From assembly GCA_041741375.1 (NCBI GenBank), contig JBGSKF010000095.1, positions 41-64,040 of the forward strand: a stretch of DNA of 64,000 nucleotides, in the 5' to 3' direction. This document shows positions 24,559 through 34,729 of the stretch, piece after piece. Source of the stretch: Gemmatimonadales bacterium (GTDB lineage Bacteria > Gemmatimonadota > Gemmatimonadetes > Gemmatimonadales > GWC2-71-9). Each line of letters begins with the position of its first letter. Positions within the stretch are counted from its first letter, which is position 1. The notes under the pieces were generated by a model. That model was given only the letters and a program-made list of their open reading frames with translations, had not been told where the DNA came from and did no database searches. Both the position numbers and the translations under genes were made by a program.

Positions 24559-24804
24559 GCAGCGCTCACCCCGGCTGGGCCCCTCTCCCGCACGCGGGAG
24601 GGGGGAACCCACCGCGACTTGCCTGTAGAGATCCTAAGCCGGCAGAGCCGGAACCCCCTTGGGTGTCTTCCGGCTCGGCATGGGTTCATGTTCAGCTGGA
24701 GCGCCCCTCCCTACTTCCGGACAGCCCACCCCAAAAAGCACAAAAAACAAAACCGCCACCCCGAACGTCCACGCGCCACACCGCGCCCCCGGAAGCAGAC
24801 CGCG

Positions 24805-24888
24805 GATGACACAGATGACTCAGAGGAGTCCTCCCCAGACCGGTCCCGCGTCGAGTCGGCGGGGGGGCTCCGTGTCATCTGCGTCATC
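24805..24888. repeat. 84-nt imperfect inverted repeat / long hairpin
   Basis: Arms GATGACACAGATGAC (24805-24819) and GTCATCTGCGTCATC (24874-24888) match at 14 of 15 positions. The inner sequence has further complementarity (GGAG/CTCC, CCCC/GGGG). Confidence 0.5.
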
Positions 24889-25074
24889 GGTGGTTCCGCC
24901 CCTTTCGCGACGCGGGTTCTCGGGCATCGCCCAAGAAATTGTTGCCGTTTTGTGTTCGAATTTTGTCCGTAAGGGACTAGAGTGGGGGAGTCGGTGCGGG
25001 TCGCGGGGCTCACTCGTTGTTCATTTGCATCGATCATCGATTGGGGCGAGGCGTCTGGCCATTCACCCCCGGGC

Positions 25075-25105
25075 GGGCTAACTTGTGACACATCGCTGAC
25101 ACATC
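25075..25105 (+). promoter_or_regulatory. Conserved kinase-gene leader motif, copy 3
   Basis: GGGCTAACTTGTGACACATCGCTGACACATC, 55 nt before GTG 25134. Confidence 0.45.
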
Positions 25106-25133
25106 ATTTCCCGGCCTCCCCCCAGGGAATCCC

Positions 25134-27812
25134 GTGACCACTCTGGACCGCCTGCGCGCCGCCCTGGACGACCGCTACACCCTCGAGCGGGAACTTGGCG
25201 CGGGCGGCATGGCCACGGTCTATCTGGCCCGGGACCTCAAGCATGACCGCCAGGTGGCCCTCAAGGTGCTGCGACCGGAACTCGCCGCCGTGATTGGCGC
25301 CGAGCGCTTCCTCAGCGAGATCAAGACCACGGCGAACCTCCAGCACCCCCACATCCTCCCCCTGTTCGACTCCGGCACCGCCGATGGCACCGTCTTCTAT
25401 GCGATGCCGTTCGTCGAGGGGGAGAGTCTCCGCGATCGGATCCAGCGGGAAAAGCAGCTCCCCGTGGCGGACGCCCTGCGCATCACGACCGAGGTGGCCA
25501 GTGCCCTCGACTACGCGCACCGGAAGGGGATCGTCCACCGCGACATCAAGCCCGAGAACATCCTGCTGCACGATGGTCAGGCCCTCGTGGCGGACTTCGG
25601 CATCGCGCTGGCCGCCAGCCGGTCGGAGGGGGGGAGCCGGCTCACCGAAACCGGGATGTCGCTCGGGACACCGTATTACATGAGCCCCGAGCAGGCGATG
25701 GGAGAGCGGGAGATCGACGGCCGGACCGACATCTACGCCCTGGGCTGCGTGCTGTACGAGATGCTCACGGGAGAGCCCCCGTTCACCGGTCCCACCGCCC
25801 AGGCGATCGTCGCGCGGGTGATGACCGAGTCCCCCCGCGGTGTCTCGATCCAGCGCCACACCGTCCCTCTCCATGTGGAGCAGGCGATTGTGAGGGCGCT
25901 GGAGAAGCTCCCGGCCGACCGGTTCGCCACCGCCGCCGACTTCACGACGGCCCTCACCACACCGGGGTCGGGCACGGTATCCGCGCCGGGGCCGAGCGCT
26001 CTCCCCCGAGTGCGCCGTCGCCAGCGTGCCGTTCTCCTCGCGGCCGGAGCCGGATTGCTGGTGACGGGGACACTGCTCGGAGCCCTGTTCCGCCGAGGCG
26101 ACGCCCCCGACCCAACCGTCACCCGTCTCACCATGCTCCTCCCCGACACCCTCGGCATCCTCCCCATCGCCACCCACCGCCTGGCGATCTCGCCGGATGG
26201 ACGGCGGATCGCCTGGATCGGAGGCCCGGGCGGCCAGCCCGGCATCGTGGTCCAGGATTTCGAGCAGGCCGACCCCCGGTATCTCCCGGGAACCGAGGGA
26301 GCGAATGCGCCGTTCTTTTCCCCGGATGGCGCCACGATCGGGTTCTTCATCGGGAGAGGAGGATCCGGCAGCCTGAAGACCATTCCGGCTGCGGGCGGCG
26401 CGGCCCAGACGGTGGTGGCCAGGGGTGCCGAACCGTGGGGCGGCGATTGGTCCGCGGACGGGATGATCTACTACACGGGAACCGAGTCCCGGCTCTTCAA
26501 GGTACCCGCCACCGGCGGCGCGGCGTCCCCGGTCTCGACGATCGATTCCACCCAGCCCGGTGTGACCGAGCACGACTTCGTGGACGTCCTTCCCAACGGC
26601 AAGGGAGCAGTGGTACAGCTGTGGAAGGGCGGCGTCGGGATCAACGAGATCGGCGTCGTCTCCTTCGCAACCGGCCGGGTCACCTCCCTGGTCCGGGGCA
26701 CCTACCCAAGGTATCTGACGACGGGTCATGTCCTGTTCGGAACCTCGGACGGTCGGCTCCATCTCCTCCCCTTCGATCAGGACCGGCTGGAGGCCACGGG
26801 ACAACCAGCCGTGGTTCTCGAGGGAGTGCCGGTGGACGGCTTCACCGGGACAATGCAGTTCGCCATCTCCGACAATGGAACGTTGATCCATCAAACCCGC
26901 GAGGGAATGGGGCGCTTCATGCCATCCTGGATCGGCCGGGATGGTTCCGCCACGGTGATTGATTCCACCTGGGAGGTGTCCGGTCTGGAGGGGATCGCCC
27001 TCTCCCCGGAGGGATCCCGGGTTGCGGTCACCCAGTCCGCGACCGATGGCTCGCAGATCTGGGTCAAGACCCTCCCACGAGGGCCCTTCACCCGGCTCAC
27101 CTTCGCCGGCCCCGATACCGACCGCCCGGTCTGGTCTCCGGATGGTCGCGAAGTGGGTTTTTTGAGCCGGGTTGGCACGAATCCCCGGCTGGCCTGGGCC
27201 CAACGCGCCGATGGGAGCGGCAACGCCAGGATCGTGGCTTTTCATGCGGAAGGCATGGACGAGTTTGACTGGTCCCGAGACGGACGCTGGTTCATCGGGA
27301 GAACTTTCGGCTCCGGGGCCGGCAGCAGGCGGATCCTGGCACGGGAGGCCGGCCCCGACACCACCATGCGGGTTCTGATGGAAGGCCCCAGCGACCTGTA
27401 CACCCCCGCCCTCTCTCCCGACAGCCGGTGGCTCGCCTACGTCTCGGATGAGTCGGGGCGGGCGGAGGTGTATGTGAGGCCCTTTCCCAATGTGGAGACC
27501 GCGCGGTGGCAGGTGTCGGTGGATGGAGGGCTGGAGCCCCTCTGGAGCCGGACCGGAGATGAGTTGTTCTATCGGACGGAGCGCGGCGAGATGATGGCCG
27601 TCCAGGTGACGGCGGACGAGGCCTTCGCCAGTCAGTCCCCCGTCACGTTGTTCAACGATCCCACGGCCCTGACGAGCCCCTATCACCGCCAGTACGATAT
27701 CGCTCCGGACGGCCGGTTCCTCATGATCCGATCACTGGCCGGGAACTCGAGCCAACTCAAGGTTGTCTTCAACTGGTTCACGGAGATCCGGGAGAGATTC
27801 GGAGGCCGTTGA
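25134..27812 (+). CDS. Ser/Thr protein kinase with TM segment and C-terminal TolB-like beta-propeller
   Basis: GAGGMATVY, VALKVL, HRDIKPENILL, ADFGIA, SPEQ. Hydrophobic AVLLAAGAGLLVTGTLLGALF. SPDGRRIAW / SPDGREVGF / SPDSRWLAYVSDESGRAEVYVRPFP. Confidence 0.92.
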   Translation: MTTLDRLRAALDDRYTLERELGAGGMATVYLARDLKHDRQVALKVLRPELAAVIGAERFLSEIKTTANLQHPHILPLFDSGTADGTVFYAMPFVEGESLRDRIQREKQLPVADALRITTEVASALDYAHRKGIVHRDIKPENILLHDGQALVADFGIALAASRSEGGSRLTETGMSLGTPYYMSPEQAMGEREIDGRTDIYALGCVLYEMLTGEPPFTGPTAQAIVARVMTESPRGVSIQRHTVPLHVEQAIVRALEKLPADRFATAADFTTALTTPGSGTVSAPGPSALPRVRRRQRAVLLAAGAGLLVTGTLLGALFRRGDAPDPTVTRLTMLLPDTLGILPIATHRLAISPDGRRIAWIGGPGGQPGIVVQDFEQADPRYLPGTEGANAPFFSPDGATIGFFIGRGGSGSLKTIPAAGGAAQTVVARGAEPWGGDWSADGMIYYTGTESRLFKVPATGGAASPVSTIDSTQPGVTEHDFVDVLPNGKGAVVQLWKGGVGINEIGVVSFATGRVTSLVRGTYPRYLTTGHVLFGTSDGRLHLLPFDQDRLEATGQPAVVLEGVPVDGFTGTMQFAISDNGTLIHQTREGMGRFMPSWIGRDGSATVIDSTWEVSGLEGIALSPEGSRVAVTQSATDGSQIWVKTLPRGPFTRLTFAGPDTDRPVWSPDGREVGFLSRVGTNPRLAWAQRADGSGNARIVAFHAEGMDEFDWSRDGRWFIGRTFGSGAGSRRILAREAGPDTTMRVLMEGPSDLYTPALSPDSRWLAYVSDESGRAEVYVRPFPNVETARWQVSVDGGLEPLWSRTGDELFYRTERGEMMAVQVTADEAFASQSPVTLFNDPTALTSPYHRQYDIAPDGRFLMIRSLAGNSSQLKVVFNWFTEIRERFGGR

Positions 27813-28038
27813 GCGGTCCTGAGACTGGTCGGTCCGTGCCACGTGATCATGGCGATGCCGGAGCCCGAACGGGGGCACGCAAAGGGGCGTCGGGCACACG
27901 GGCTCGATGTGCTCGGTCGTGACAGGTGATTCCGGGGGCTGACGCCCCTTGCTCGGCCATGTGAGGTGGCTCACGCCACCCTAGGTGGCTGCCACCCGGA
28001 GCAGGATGGCGTTCAGGGGGTGATCATTGGTCAGGAGT

Positions 28039-30948
28039 TCATGACCCTCCCGGGGTGCTTAGCAAGTCAGTGATCCGGGGCAGCAGCAGCTTGACCACCC
28101 GCACCGGCAGGCCACTGGTGAAGCGGAACCGTTCCGCGTCGGCCCCCTCGACGTAGGCCGTGGCGACCCCGTAGAACCGGTCCCCGATGTAGAACACGAA
28201 GGTCGCCGTCCTATTCCCGTCGTTCTGGCCGGTGCCGGTCTTTCCCCCCATCACCACCACCGAGCTGTCCGCCGCCCGCACCGAGCCCCGCAGCAGTGAC
28301 GCGGTGCCCGATTCGACCACGTCGGCCATGGCCATCCGGGCCACCGCGGCCACCTCCGGGGGGAGCACCCTCGTTCCCGGAAGGGTGGTGCTTCGCAACA
28401 CCACCTCGTAGGGCGTTCCCATCGCAAAGTGCAGTTCCTGTACCCTGACGACCGGATTCCGGATCCCATCCGCCACCAATATCCCGACCAGCTCGGCGAG
28501 CGCACCGGGCCGGTCACCCGAGCTCCCGATGGCGCTTGCGAGCGAGGGGACCATGTCCGAATAGGGATACCCGAGGCGCTGCCAGGCCGTGCGAATCGGC
28601 GCGAAGGCGTGCCGTTCCAGAATGATCCGCAGGGCGCGATCCTGCGCTCGTCGCACCGCGGTCGTGTTCCGAAACAGCCACGCGTAGGCTTCCCGCCTCG
28701 CTTGCGCTCCCGCAGTCTGAATCTGATCCAGGGTAGCCTCCGGCGCTTCCCGGAGCTGCGATACCACCCAGAGTTCAAGAGGATTGACGCCGGTCACGAA
28801 CGCACGGTCCGCCAGGCCGAGTCCCTCCGGGAGTGCCCGGCGAATCCGCTGCGCCTCGGCCGTCGAGAGGGTGTCGGAGCCAAATCGTCCGGCCATCTCA
28901 GCCCCCAGTGCTCCTGCGGAGGTGGCGGGCGCCACCGCCAGAACCATGCGGGCCCAGCGCTGGGGAGTGACACGACCACCCAGCATCAGGGTGAAACTGG
29001 AATCCCCACCGATGGTCCGGTGCTTCCGGTAGTATTGCGCCACCAGAGTCCGGCCTTCCGCCTCGGCATACTGTTCCAGAAACACCCGGCGCGCGGGATG
29101 CCCCGGATCCTCCAGAAGGCCCGTGCCGTATTGCGGCAGCCGGTGCTCATGGTAGCTCACCATGTCCCGCATCAATCGGATGAAGACCAGGTTTATTGAG
29201 TGCCGGAGACCCTCCAGCACGGTCGGTGACTGGTGGTCAAAGACCCGATCAAAATTTCCGAAGACGTGGACCCCACCGCCGGTGAAGAAGCGCTCCACGG
29301 GATTCGCCGAATACCGCCGCTGCATCGCGGCCTCCAGGGTCGCGCGGAGGTCCGCCTCGGGGTGGGCCTCCCGGAACTCGCGGGCCCACCGACTGATCGG
29401 ATCCTGTGCGGTCCGAGCCCGGGAGGTCGAGTCACGGCCGGTTGTGTCGGAGAGTTCCGCATGCAATTCTGCGACGATCTCGAGATAGGTCACCAGGGTG
29501 CGGAGCTTTGCGGTGGACCCCAACTCGAGCCGTGCCCCGGTGTTGAGGTCGAACGGCCGATCGAGGTTGTCCACCTGCACCCGGATCGCGTTGCCGCGAG
29601 GTGTCCGTTCATAGAGAACGAGGCTGTAGGCCACCTGGCTCAGATCGGAGCGGCCCAGCTGGCGCTCGGTGTCCAGACCCGACGTCCGCACGAAGTCCGG
29701 ATCGCCCATCTGGCGGATCAGGCCGGTGGCTGCCCGCTGAGCTGACTCATCGATGGTGATGCGGGCCGTCAGATCAAACCGATCCAATTCATACAGACTG
29801 CGGGCTCCGAGGAGGGCCCGGAGGCGGGAGCGGGTGGCGTTGATCGCCTTGCGTTCCACAAACGGGGCCGGGGGTGACGGGGGTGCGGTCGCACGGACAT
29901 CGACCGTCACCCCCGAGGCCCTCCGGGTCAGTGCCTGCGGTACGGCCCCGGCGCCCCCGAGCAACCGGAGGTGCGAGTCGGTGATCGCGGCCAGAGCCCT
30001 TCGCCCCTCCGCGGTCTGGAGGTAGTAGGTCGGGCGGCGCTGGGCGATCAACAACATGACGACCGCGCGATAGGCCTCGGCGGTCTCCGCCGAGACGACG
30101 CCGGACATGGCCGCGTGCATTCGCGCATCGGCCGAATCGGCATTGAGCCCGAACCAGACCCGGAGGCCATCCCGGAGTCCGATCACCTCGCCATAGCCGG
30201 GAAAGGCTCCTATCGGCAGGGCGTTCAGGTAGTCGGTGAGGATGACCCGTCGGACCTCGGTGGTCCGCGTTCCTTCCAGGTACGACCGAAGGGTGGCCGA
30301 CGCCATCTGCCGCGCCTTGTCACCCGGGGTGCGGGTAATGCCACCCGGGGCATGGCGGAGCTTTTCGAGCTGCGTCGCCAGTGTGCTGGCACCGAAGCGA
30401 CCACCACCACCCAGCAACTTGCCTCCGGCGAAGCTTGCCACCGCCGCGACAAACCTGTCCCACTCGATCGCGGGGTTTTGGAAGGGAGACCGGTCATCGA
30501 ACAGTTCCCGGTTCTCAAGGAAAAGAAGGGTTTCGCGGACCGGCCCCGGAACTTCGTCGAAGGAGGCATAGACGTGTTCGGGAAAGTCGTTCACCGAGAT
30601 CCGGGTGCCGTCTCGGCCCGTCAGCCGCAGTCCCGCCTGGGTCTTCTCGCGATACGGAGGGTAGAGTCCCCAGCCGGCGATCTGGTTGAAGCGATCGGAT
30701 ATCCTCGCCTGGGATGCGACCACGAATCCACGGGACTCCAGTCGGTCGATCAGATCCGGGAGGGCCCGGTACCCCAGGCGAATGTCGAATGGACCGTTCG
30801 GGGCACGGGCGGGGTTCGGGCTGGGTCCGGGCTCGAGGGCGTAGGAGATCCCCTGGACATACCGGGCGAGGAGCCGGGCACAGGTCCAGGCCGCCGCCTC
30901 GGAATAGACCACGACGAGCACCACGGACACCGAGACGAGTGCCCGCAC
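28039..30948 (-). CDS. Class A penicillin-binding protein-like (GT51 transglycosylase + transpeptidase motifs), N-terminal TM anchor
   Basis: GT51-like ENRELFDDRSPFQNPAIEWDRF...GASTLATQLEKL. Transpeptidase motifs STAK (LGSTAKLRT), SIN (RHSINLVF), KTG (GGKTGTGQ). GTG start. Confidence 0.8.
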   Translation of the reverse strand: MRALVSVSVVLVVVYSEAAAWTCARLLARYVQGISYALEPGPSPNPARAPNGPFDIRLGYRALPDLIDRLESRGFVVASQARISDRFNQIAGWGLYPPYREKTQAGLRLTGRDGTRISVNDFPEHVYASFDEVPGPVRETLLFLENRELFDDRSPFQNPAIEWDRFVAAVASFAGGKLLGGGGRFGASTLATQLEKLRHAPGGITRTPGDKARQMASATLRSYLEGTRTTEVRRVILTDYLNALPIGAFPGYGEVIGLRDGLRVWFGLNADSADARMHAAMSGVVSAETAEAYRAVVMLLIAQRRPTYYLQTAEGRRALAAITDSHLRLLGGAGAVPQALTRRASGVTVDVRATAPPSPPAPFVERKAINATRSRLRALLGARSLYELDRFDLTARITIDESAQRAATGLIRQMGDPDFVRTSGLDTERQLGRSDLSQVAYSLVLYERTPRGNAIRVQVDNLDRPFDLNTGARLELGSTAKLRTLVTYLEIVAELHAELSDTTGRDSTSRARTAQDPISRWAREFREAHPEADLRATLEAAMQRRYSANPVERFFTGGGVHVFGNFDRVFDHQSPTVLEGLRHSINLVFIRLMRDMVSYHEHRLPQYGTGLLEDPGHPARRVFLEQYAEAEGRTLVAQYYRKHRTIGGDSSFTLMLGGRVTPQRWARMVLAVAPATSAGALGAEMAGRFGSDTLSTAEAQRIRRALPEGLGLADRAFVTGVNPLELWVVSQLREAPEATLDQIQTAGAQARREAYAWLFRNTTAVRRAQDRALRIILERHAFAPIRTAWQRLGYPYSDMVPSLASAIGSSGDRPGALAELVGILVADGIRNPVVRVQELHFAMGTPYEVVLRSTTLPGTRVLPPEVAAVARMAMADVVESGTASLLRGSVRAADSSVVVMGGKTGTGQNDGNRTATFVFYIGDRFYGVATAYVEGADAERFRFTSGLPVRVVKLLLPRITDLLSTPGGS

Positions 30949-31279
30949 GACCCATTTTCGCCATCGAGCAAAGCGGGAGGGCGTAATGGTCCCGGGTGGG
31001 GTGGTCGGCTCCAGCGCAGCACTCTCCGTGTGACAATCCTGAGGAGGAATCTAGTCGGAAGTCTGCCGCCCTCACCGTTCCTGTCGCCAATCTGACGAAG
31101 GCCGCTCGCGCTGATCGTGGCCGCGGGGCGATGACTCACGATGGGTTCGCGTGACAAGCCCCCTCCCTGCGGGACCGCCTCACACCAAGGGGATCCCCCC
31201 TGATCGGGTGGGAAGGTGCGGCGCCGGGTCGCTCCTCCGGGCACTGGCGGGACGTGCGTTGGTCTTCCGGGGCCGCACC

Positions 31280-32185
31280 TCAGGGGCGGATGAACGTCCC
31301 CTCACGAAGCTCGGAGATTGCCTGCTGGATCTCGTTCCGGGTGTTCATCACGATGGGGCCATGCCACGCCACCGGTTCCTCGATCGGCCGCCCCGAAACG
31401 AGCAGGAACCGGACCCCCTCCTCCCCGGCCCGCACCACGATCTCATCGCCGTCCCCGAACACGATCAGGGACCGGTTCCCCGCCCTTTCCCTGCGGACCG
31501 AGTCGTCATCCCCGGCGAACTGCTCCGTGAGAACGCCGAACGGCTCCGAGGCATCCCTAAAGGTGGCGCTCCCCTCGAAGATGTAGGCGAAGGCGCGGCG
31601 CCTGGTGTCCACCGGGAGCCGACGGCGGGTCCCGGGGGGTACCCACACGTCCAGGTAGCCGGGATCGGCAGCGATCCCCTCGACCGGTCCCCGCCGACCC
31701 CAGAATTCACCGCAGATGACCCGCACCCGGGTGCCATCATCCTCGGTCACCTCGGGAATGTCCCGTGAGGCCACGTCCTGGTATCGGGGAGCCGTCATCT
31801 TGAGGGAGGAGGGGAGATTGGCCCAGAGCTGGAATCCATGCATCCGCCCTGTCGGATCCCCCATGGGCATTTCGTGGTGAAGGATGCCACGACCGGCGGT
31901 CATCCACTGGACATCCCCCCCGCCCAGCACGCCACTGTTGCCGAGACTGTCGGCATGCTCGACCGCACCGGCCAGCACATATGTGATGGTCTCGATGCCG
32001 CGATGCGGATGCCAGGGGAAGCCGGCGCGATAGTCGTCGGGCTGTTCGTTCCGGAAATCGTCGAAGAGGAGGAAGGGATCGGTCTCGGCGGTGTCCCCAA
32101 AGCCGAAGGCGCGCCGGAGGCGGACTCCGGCCCCCTCGACAGTGGGTCGAGCCTGTGCGAGTCGCTGAACGGGACGGATGGACAT
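31280..32185 (-). CDS. Pirin-family protein
   Basis: ATG 32185 with GGAGG 6 nt upstream. FPWHPHRGIETITYVLAGAVEHADSLGNSGVLGGGDVQWMTAGRGILHHEMP is the pirin cupin signature. Confidence 0.92.
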   Translation of the reverse strand: MSIRPVQRLAQARPTVEGAGVRLRRAFGFGDTAETDPFLLFDDFRNEQPDDYRAGFPWHPHRGIETITYVLAGAVEHADSLGNSGVLGGGDVQWMTAGRGILHHEMPMGDPTGRMHGFQLWANLPSSLKMTAPRYQDVASRDIPEVTEDDGTRVRVICGEFWGRRGPVEGIAADPGYLDVWVPPGTRRRLPVDTRRRAFAYIFEGSATFRDASEPFGVLTEQFAGDDDSVRRERAGNRSLIVFGDGDEIVVRAGEEGVRFLLVSGRPIEEPVAWHGPIVMNTRNEIQQAISELREGTFIRP

Positions 32186-32367
32186 CGGAACCTCCGGTGA
32201 ATTATCACTCCGGTGTCCCCCGGCCACGACGGCGGCCGGCCGGAGACGATGGGATCGACCACCTCACCCGTCTACATTCACTCGCCCTCGGGAAAATGGC
32301 AAGCTGGCGGTGCGGGGCACGGTTCTCCATCTTCCTCCCATTCGAACCCCGCTCCCGGATTGATGTG

Positions 32368-33365
32368 ATGACACCTGCTCTCGCCCGCACCCTCCGTTCC
32401 GGCCGTTTCCTCCTTGGGCTCACCGCTCTGGCCGGGTGCGCCCCCGACCAGCCCCCGCCCGACGTGCCCTTCGGGGGCCCCTCGCCCTGGCCCTCCATCC
32501 GGGAAACACAAGTGCGTGAGCTCCTCCCCGCCGCGATGACGACCGCCGGTGTCGACGCCTGGATCGTCCTCGTGCGCGAGAACGCCAACGATCCCCTGGC
32601 CCTTCATGTGGGAGGAGAGAACGCGGGTGCCCCCTCCGCCATTCTCTTCTTCCGGCAGGGCAACGAGGTGCGGTCAACCGTGTTGAGCGGATTTGGCGAG
32701 GCCGTCGCCCACAGAGGGTCTCGAGCGTGAGGCCTACGCCACGGTCGTCCCCGGCACCACCACCGATGCCGACCTGGCGCGTTTTCTCAAGCGACGCATG
32801 CGGGAACTCGGCGTGGAGGACGGGTGGTCCCCGGCGCAGAACCCGAATGTCAACTCGGGGCCCGACCGCGGGCATTCCCATGCCACCGAACGCGTCATCC
32901 AGCCCGGCGACCTCATCCAGACCGACTTCGGCATCCGGGTGCACGGCGTCTGGGTGACCGACATCCAGCGCTTCGCCAATGTGCTTCGCCCGGGGGAAAC
33001 GGCCCCACCCGAGGAGGTCCAGCGGCGATGGGAAGCGGCACTCGCCGCGGGACGAGCCGCGTTCGAGGCGATGGGGCCCGGACACCGGATCCCTCGCCGT
33101 TCCCTGGGGCACCGGTCACCCGGTCGGGTACTGGGCCCACGATGCGGGGACGGGACTGAACCGGCGGGAGACCCGTCCCCTTGTGGAGGGGCAGGTGCTG
33201 GCCTTCGACAGTCTCCACGCATGGGCCCTCGACGGGAGCACCACCGCAGCGTGGGGTGATGGCACCAAGAGCTTCTCATCCGAGGAGATGGCGGTCATCA
33301 CGGCGAACGGCGCCGAGTACCTTGTGGCACCCCAGCAGAAGTTGATTCTGAGCAGAAGCCGGTAG
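32368..33365 (+). pseudogene. M24-family metallopeptidase (Xaa-Pro aminopeptidase-like) lipoprotein split over three frames
   Basis: Frame a: MTPALARTLRSGRFLLGLTALAGCA...VDAWIVLVRENANDP...FGEAVA. Frame b from about 32714: EGLEREAYATVVPGTTTDADLARFLKRRMRELG...IQTDFGIRVHGVWVTDIQR...FEAMGPG. Frame c from about 33080: LAVPWGTGHPVGYWAHDAG...SSEEMAVITANGAEYL. Two frame changes are needed. Confidence 0.65.
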
Positions 33366-33394
33366 AGCGACCGGAGGGAGGACAGCCAGGGTGG

Positions 33395-33958
33395 CTACTC
33401 GCCCCACACGGCACGGAAATATGCCGAGAGATCGATGCGGAGCGGAGAGACCGCATTTTCCGGCTGCCAGGCGAGTTCCTGATCGGCGATGGCGGGATGG
33501 TCCGCCCCGGGGGTCCAGACCTCCACCAGCCGGGCATCAAGATCCACGATCCAGTACGTCGGGACGCCAGTGCGTTGATAGAGCCGACGCTTGGTGACCC
33601 GGTCATGCCGTGCGGTAGAGGGAGACAACACCTCTGCGACCAGAAGCGGGATACCATACTCGTCCCATTCGCGGGGGGGCCGTCCCTCCACCATGCGACC
33701 CACAAAGAGATCGGGCTGGAGCATTTGGCCGGCGTGGAAGTCGAGGTCGGCGGGAGAGATGCAGAGGCCCCCGATCCGGTGTGCGCGGACATACGGAGCG
33801 ATCCGGAGCAGGAGCTCCACCACGCCGTACTGGTGGAGCGCGCGTGGGCTCGGGCTCACGAGGAGCTCGCCATCCACGAGCTCGTAGCGGTTTCCGTCGT
33901 CGGGGAGGGCGAGCACCTCCTCCCGAGTCCAGTGGCGGGCCACAGCAGGCATGCCCAT
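33395..33958 (-). CDS. Uma2-family (DUF820) putative endonuclease, tandem copy 1
   Basis: MGMPAVARHWTREEVLALPDDGNRYELVDGELLVSPSP...QPDLFV...PLLVAEVLSPSTARHDRVTKRRLYQRTGVPTYWIVD is the PD-(D/E)xK Uma2 pattern. Confidence 0.85.
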   Translation of the reverse strand: MGMPAVARHWTREEVLALPDDGNRYELVDGELLVSPSPRALHQYGVVELLLRIAPYVRAHRIGGLCISPADLDFHAGQMLQPDLFVGRMVEGRPPREWDEYGIPLLVAEVLSPSTARHDRVTKRRLYQRTGVPTYWIVDLDARLVEVWTPGADHPAIADQELAWQPENAVSPLRIDLSAYFRAVWGE

Positions 33959-34056
33959 ACGTTACGCTCGGCGAAAGTGGGGAGGCAAGGGGGCGGCATG
34001 ATCCCAACCTCGCCACCCTTCCCCCGGGCCCGACAACCCGAAAGATGCGGGCCGGA

Positions 34057-34631
34057 TCAATCGATCGGGGTATCCCCCAGGATCCTTCCGAACAGCTCAG
34101 GCAGGTCAATCTGGAGCGGTGTGATGGCGGGCTCCGGATGCCAGACGAGGAAATCCTCGGCGATGACAGGTCGGTCGGCCCCGGGGGTCCAGACCTCCAC
34201 CAGCCGGGCATCGAGGTCCACAATCCAGTAGGTCGGGACCCCGGTGCGTTGATAGAGCCGACGCTTGGTGACCCGGTCATGCCGTGCGGTAGAGGGAGAC
34301 AACACCTCTGCGACCAGAAGCGGGATACCATACTCGTCCCATTCGCGAGGGGGCCGTCCCTCCACCATGCGACCCACAAAGAGATCGGGCTGGAGCAGTT
34401 GTCCAGGTGGAAGTCGAGGTCGGCGGGAGCGATACACAGGTCCCCGATCCGGTGGACGCGGACATACGGAGCGATCCGGAGCAGGAGCTCCACCACCCCG
34501 CGCTGGTGAAGCGGCCGCGGGCTCGGGCTCACGAGGAGCTCTCCGTCCACGAGCTCGTAGCGGTTTCCGTCGTCGGGGAGGGCGAGCACCTCCTCGCGGG
34601 TCCAGTGGCGGGCCACGGCAGGCATACCCAT
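34057..34631 (-). pseudogene. Uma2-family endonuclease, tandem copy 2, 1-nt deletion frameshift near 34400-34410
   Basis: The N-terminal 75 codons are in one frame (to ...PADLDFH) and the rest (QLLQPDLFVGRMVEGRPPREWDEYGIPLLVAEVLSPS...GDTPID*) is in another. Copy 1 has TTTGGCCGGCGTGG where copy 2 has GTTGTCCAGGTGG. Confidence 0.75.
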
Positions 34632-34729
34632 ACGTTACGCTCGGCGAGTGAGAGGAGGCAAGGGGGCGGCATGTCCCCGAACTTCGCCCTCCCTCGCGGG
34701 GACGGATAACCCCAACGACGCGGGCCGGA

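Noticed and set aside
24711-25091. 126-aa minus-strand ORF, and overlapping plus-strand ORFs, in the vapC-kinase gap
   Set aside because: Low-complexity translations, overlap with hairpins, repeats and the A-rich tract, and no start context. Treated as non-coding.
33603-34631. 342-aa ORF that begins like a Uma2 protein
   Set aside because: It is a chimera. After the 1-nt deletion near 34405 the frame runs out of the Uma2 coding frame and through the spacer and copy 1 in a non-coding frame.
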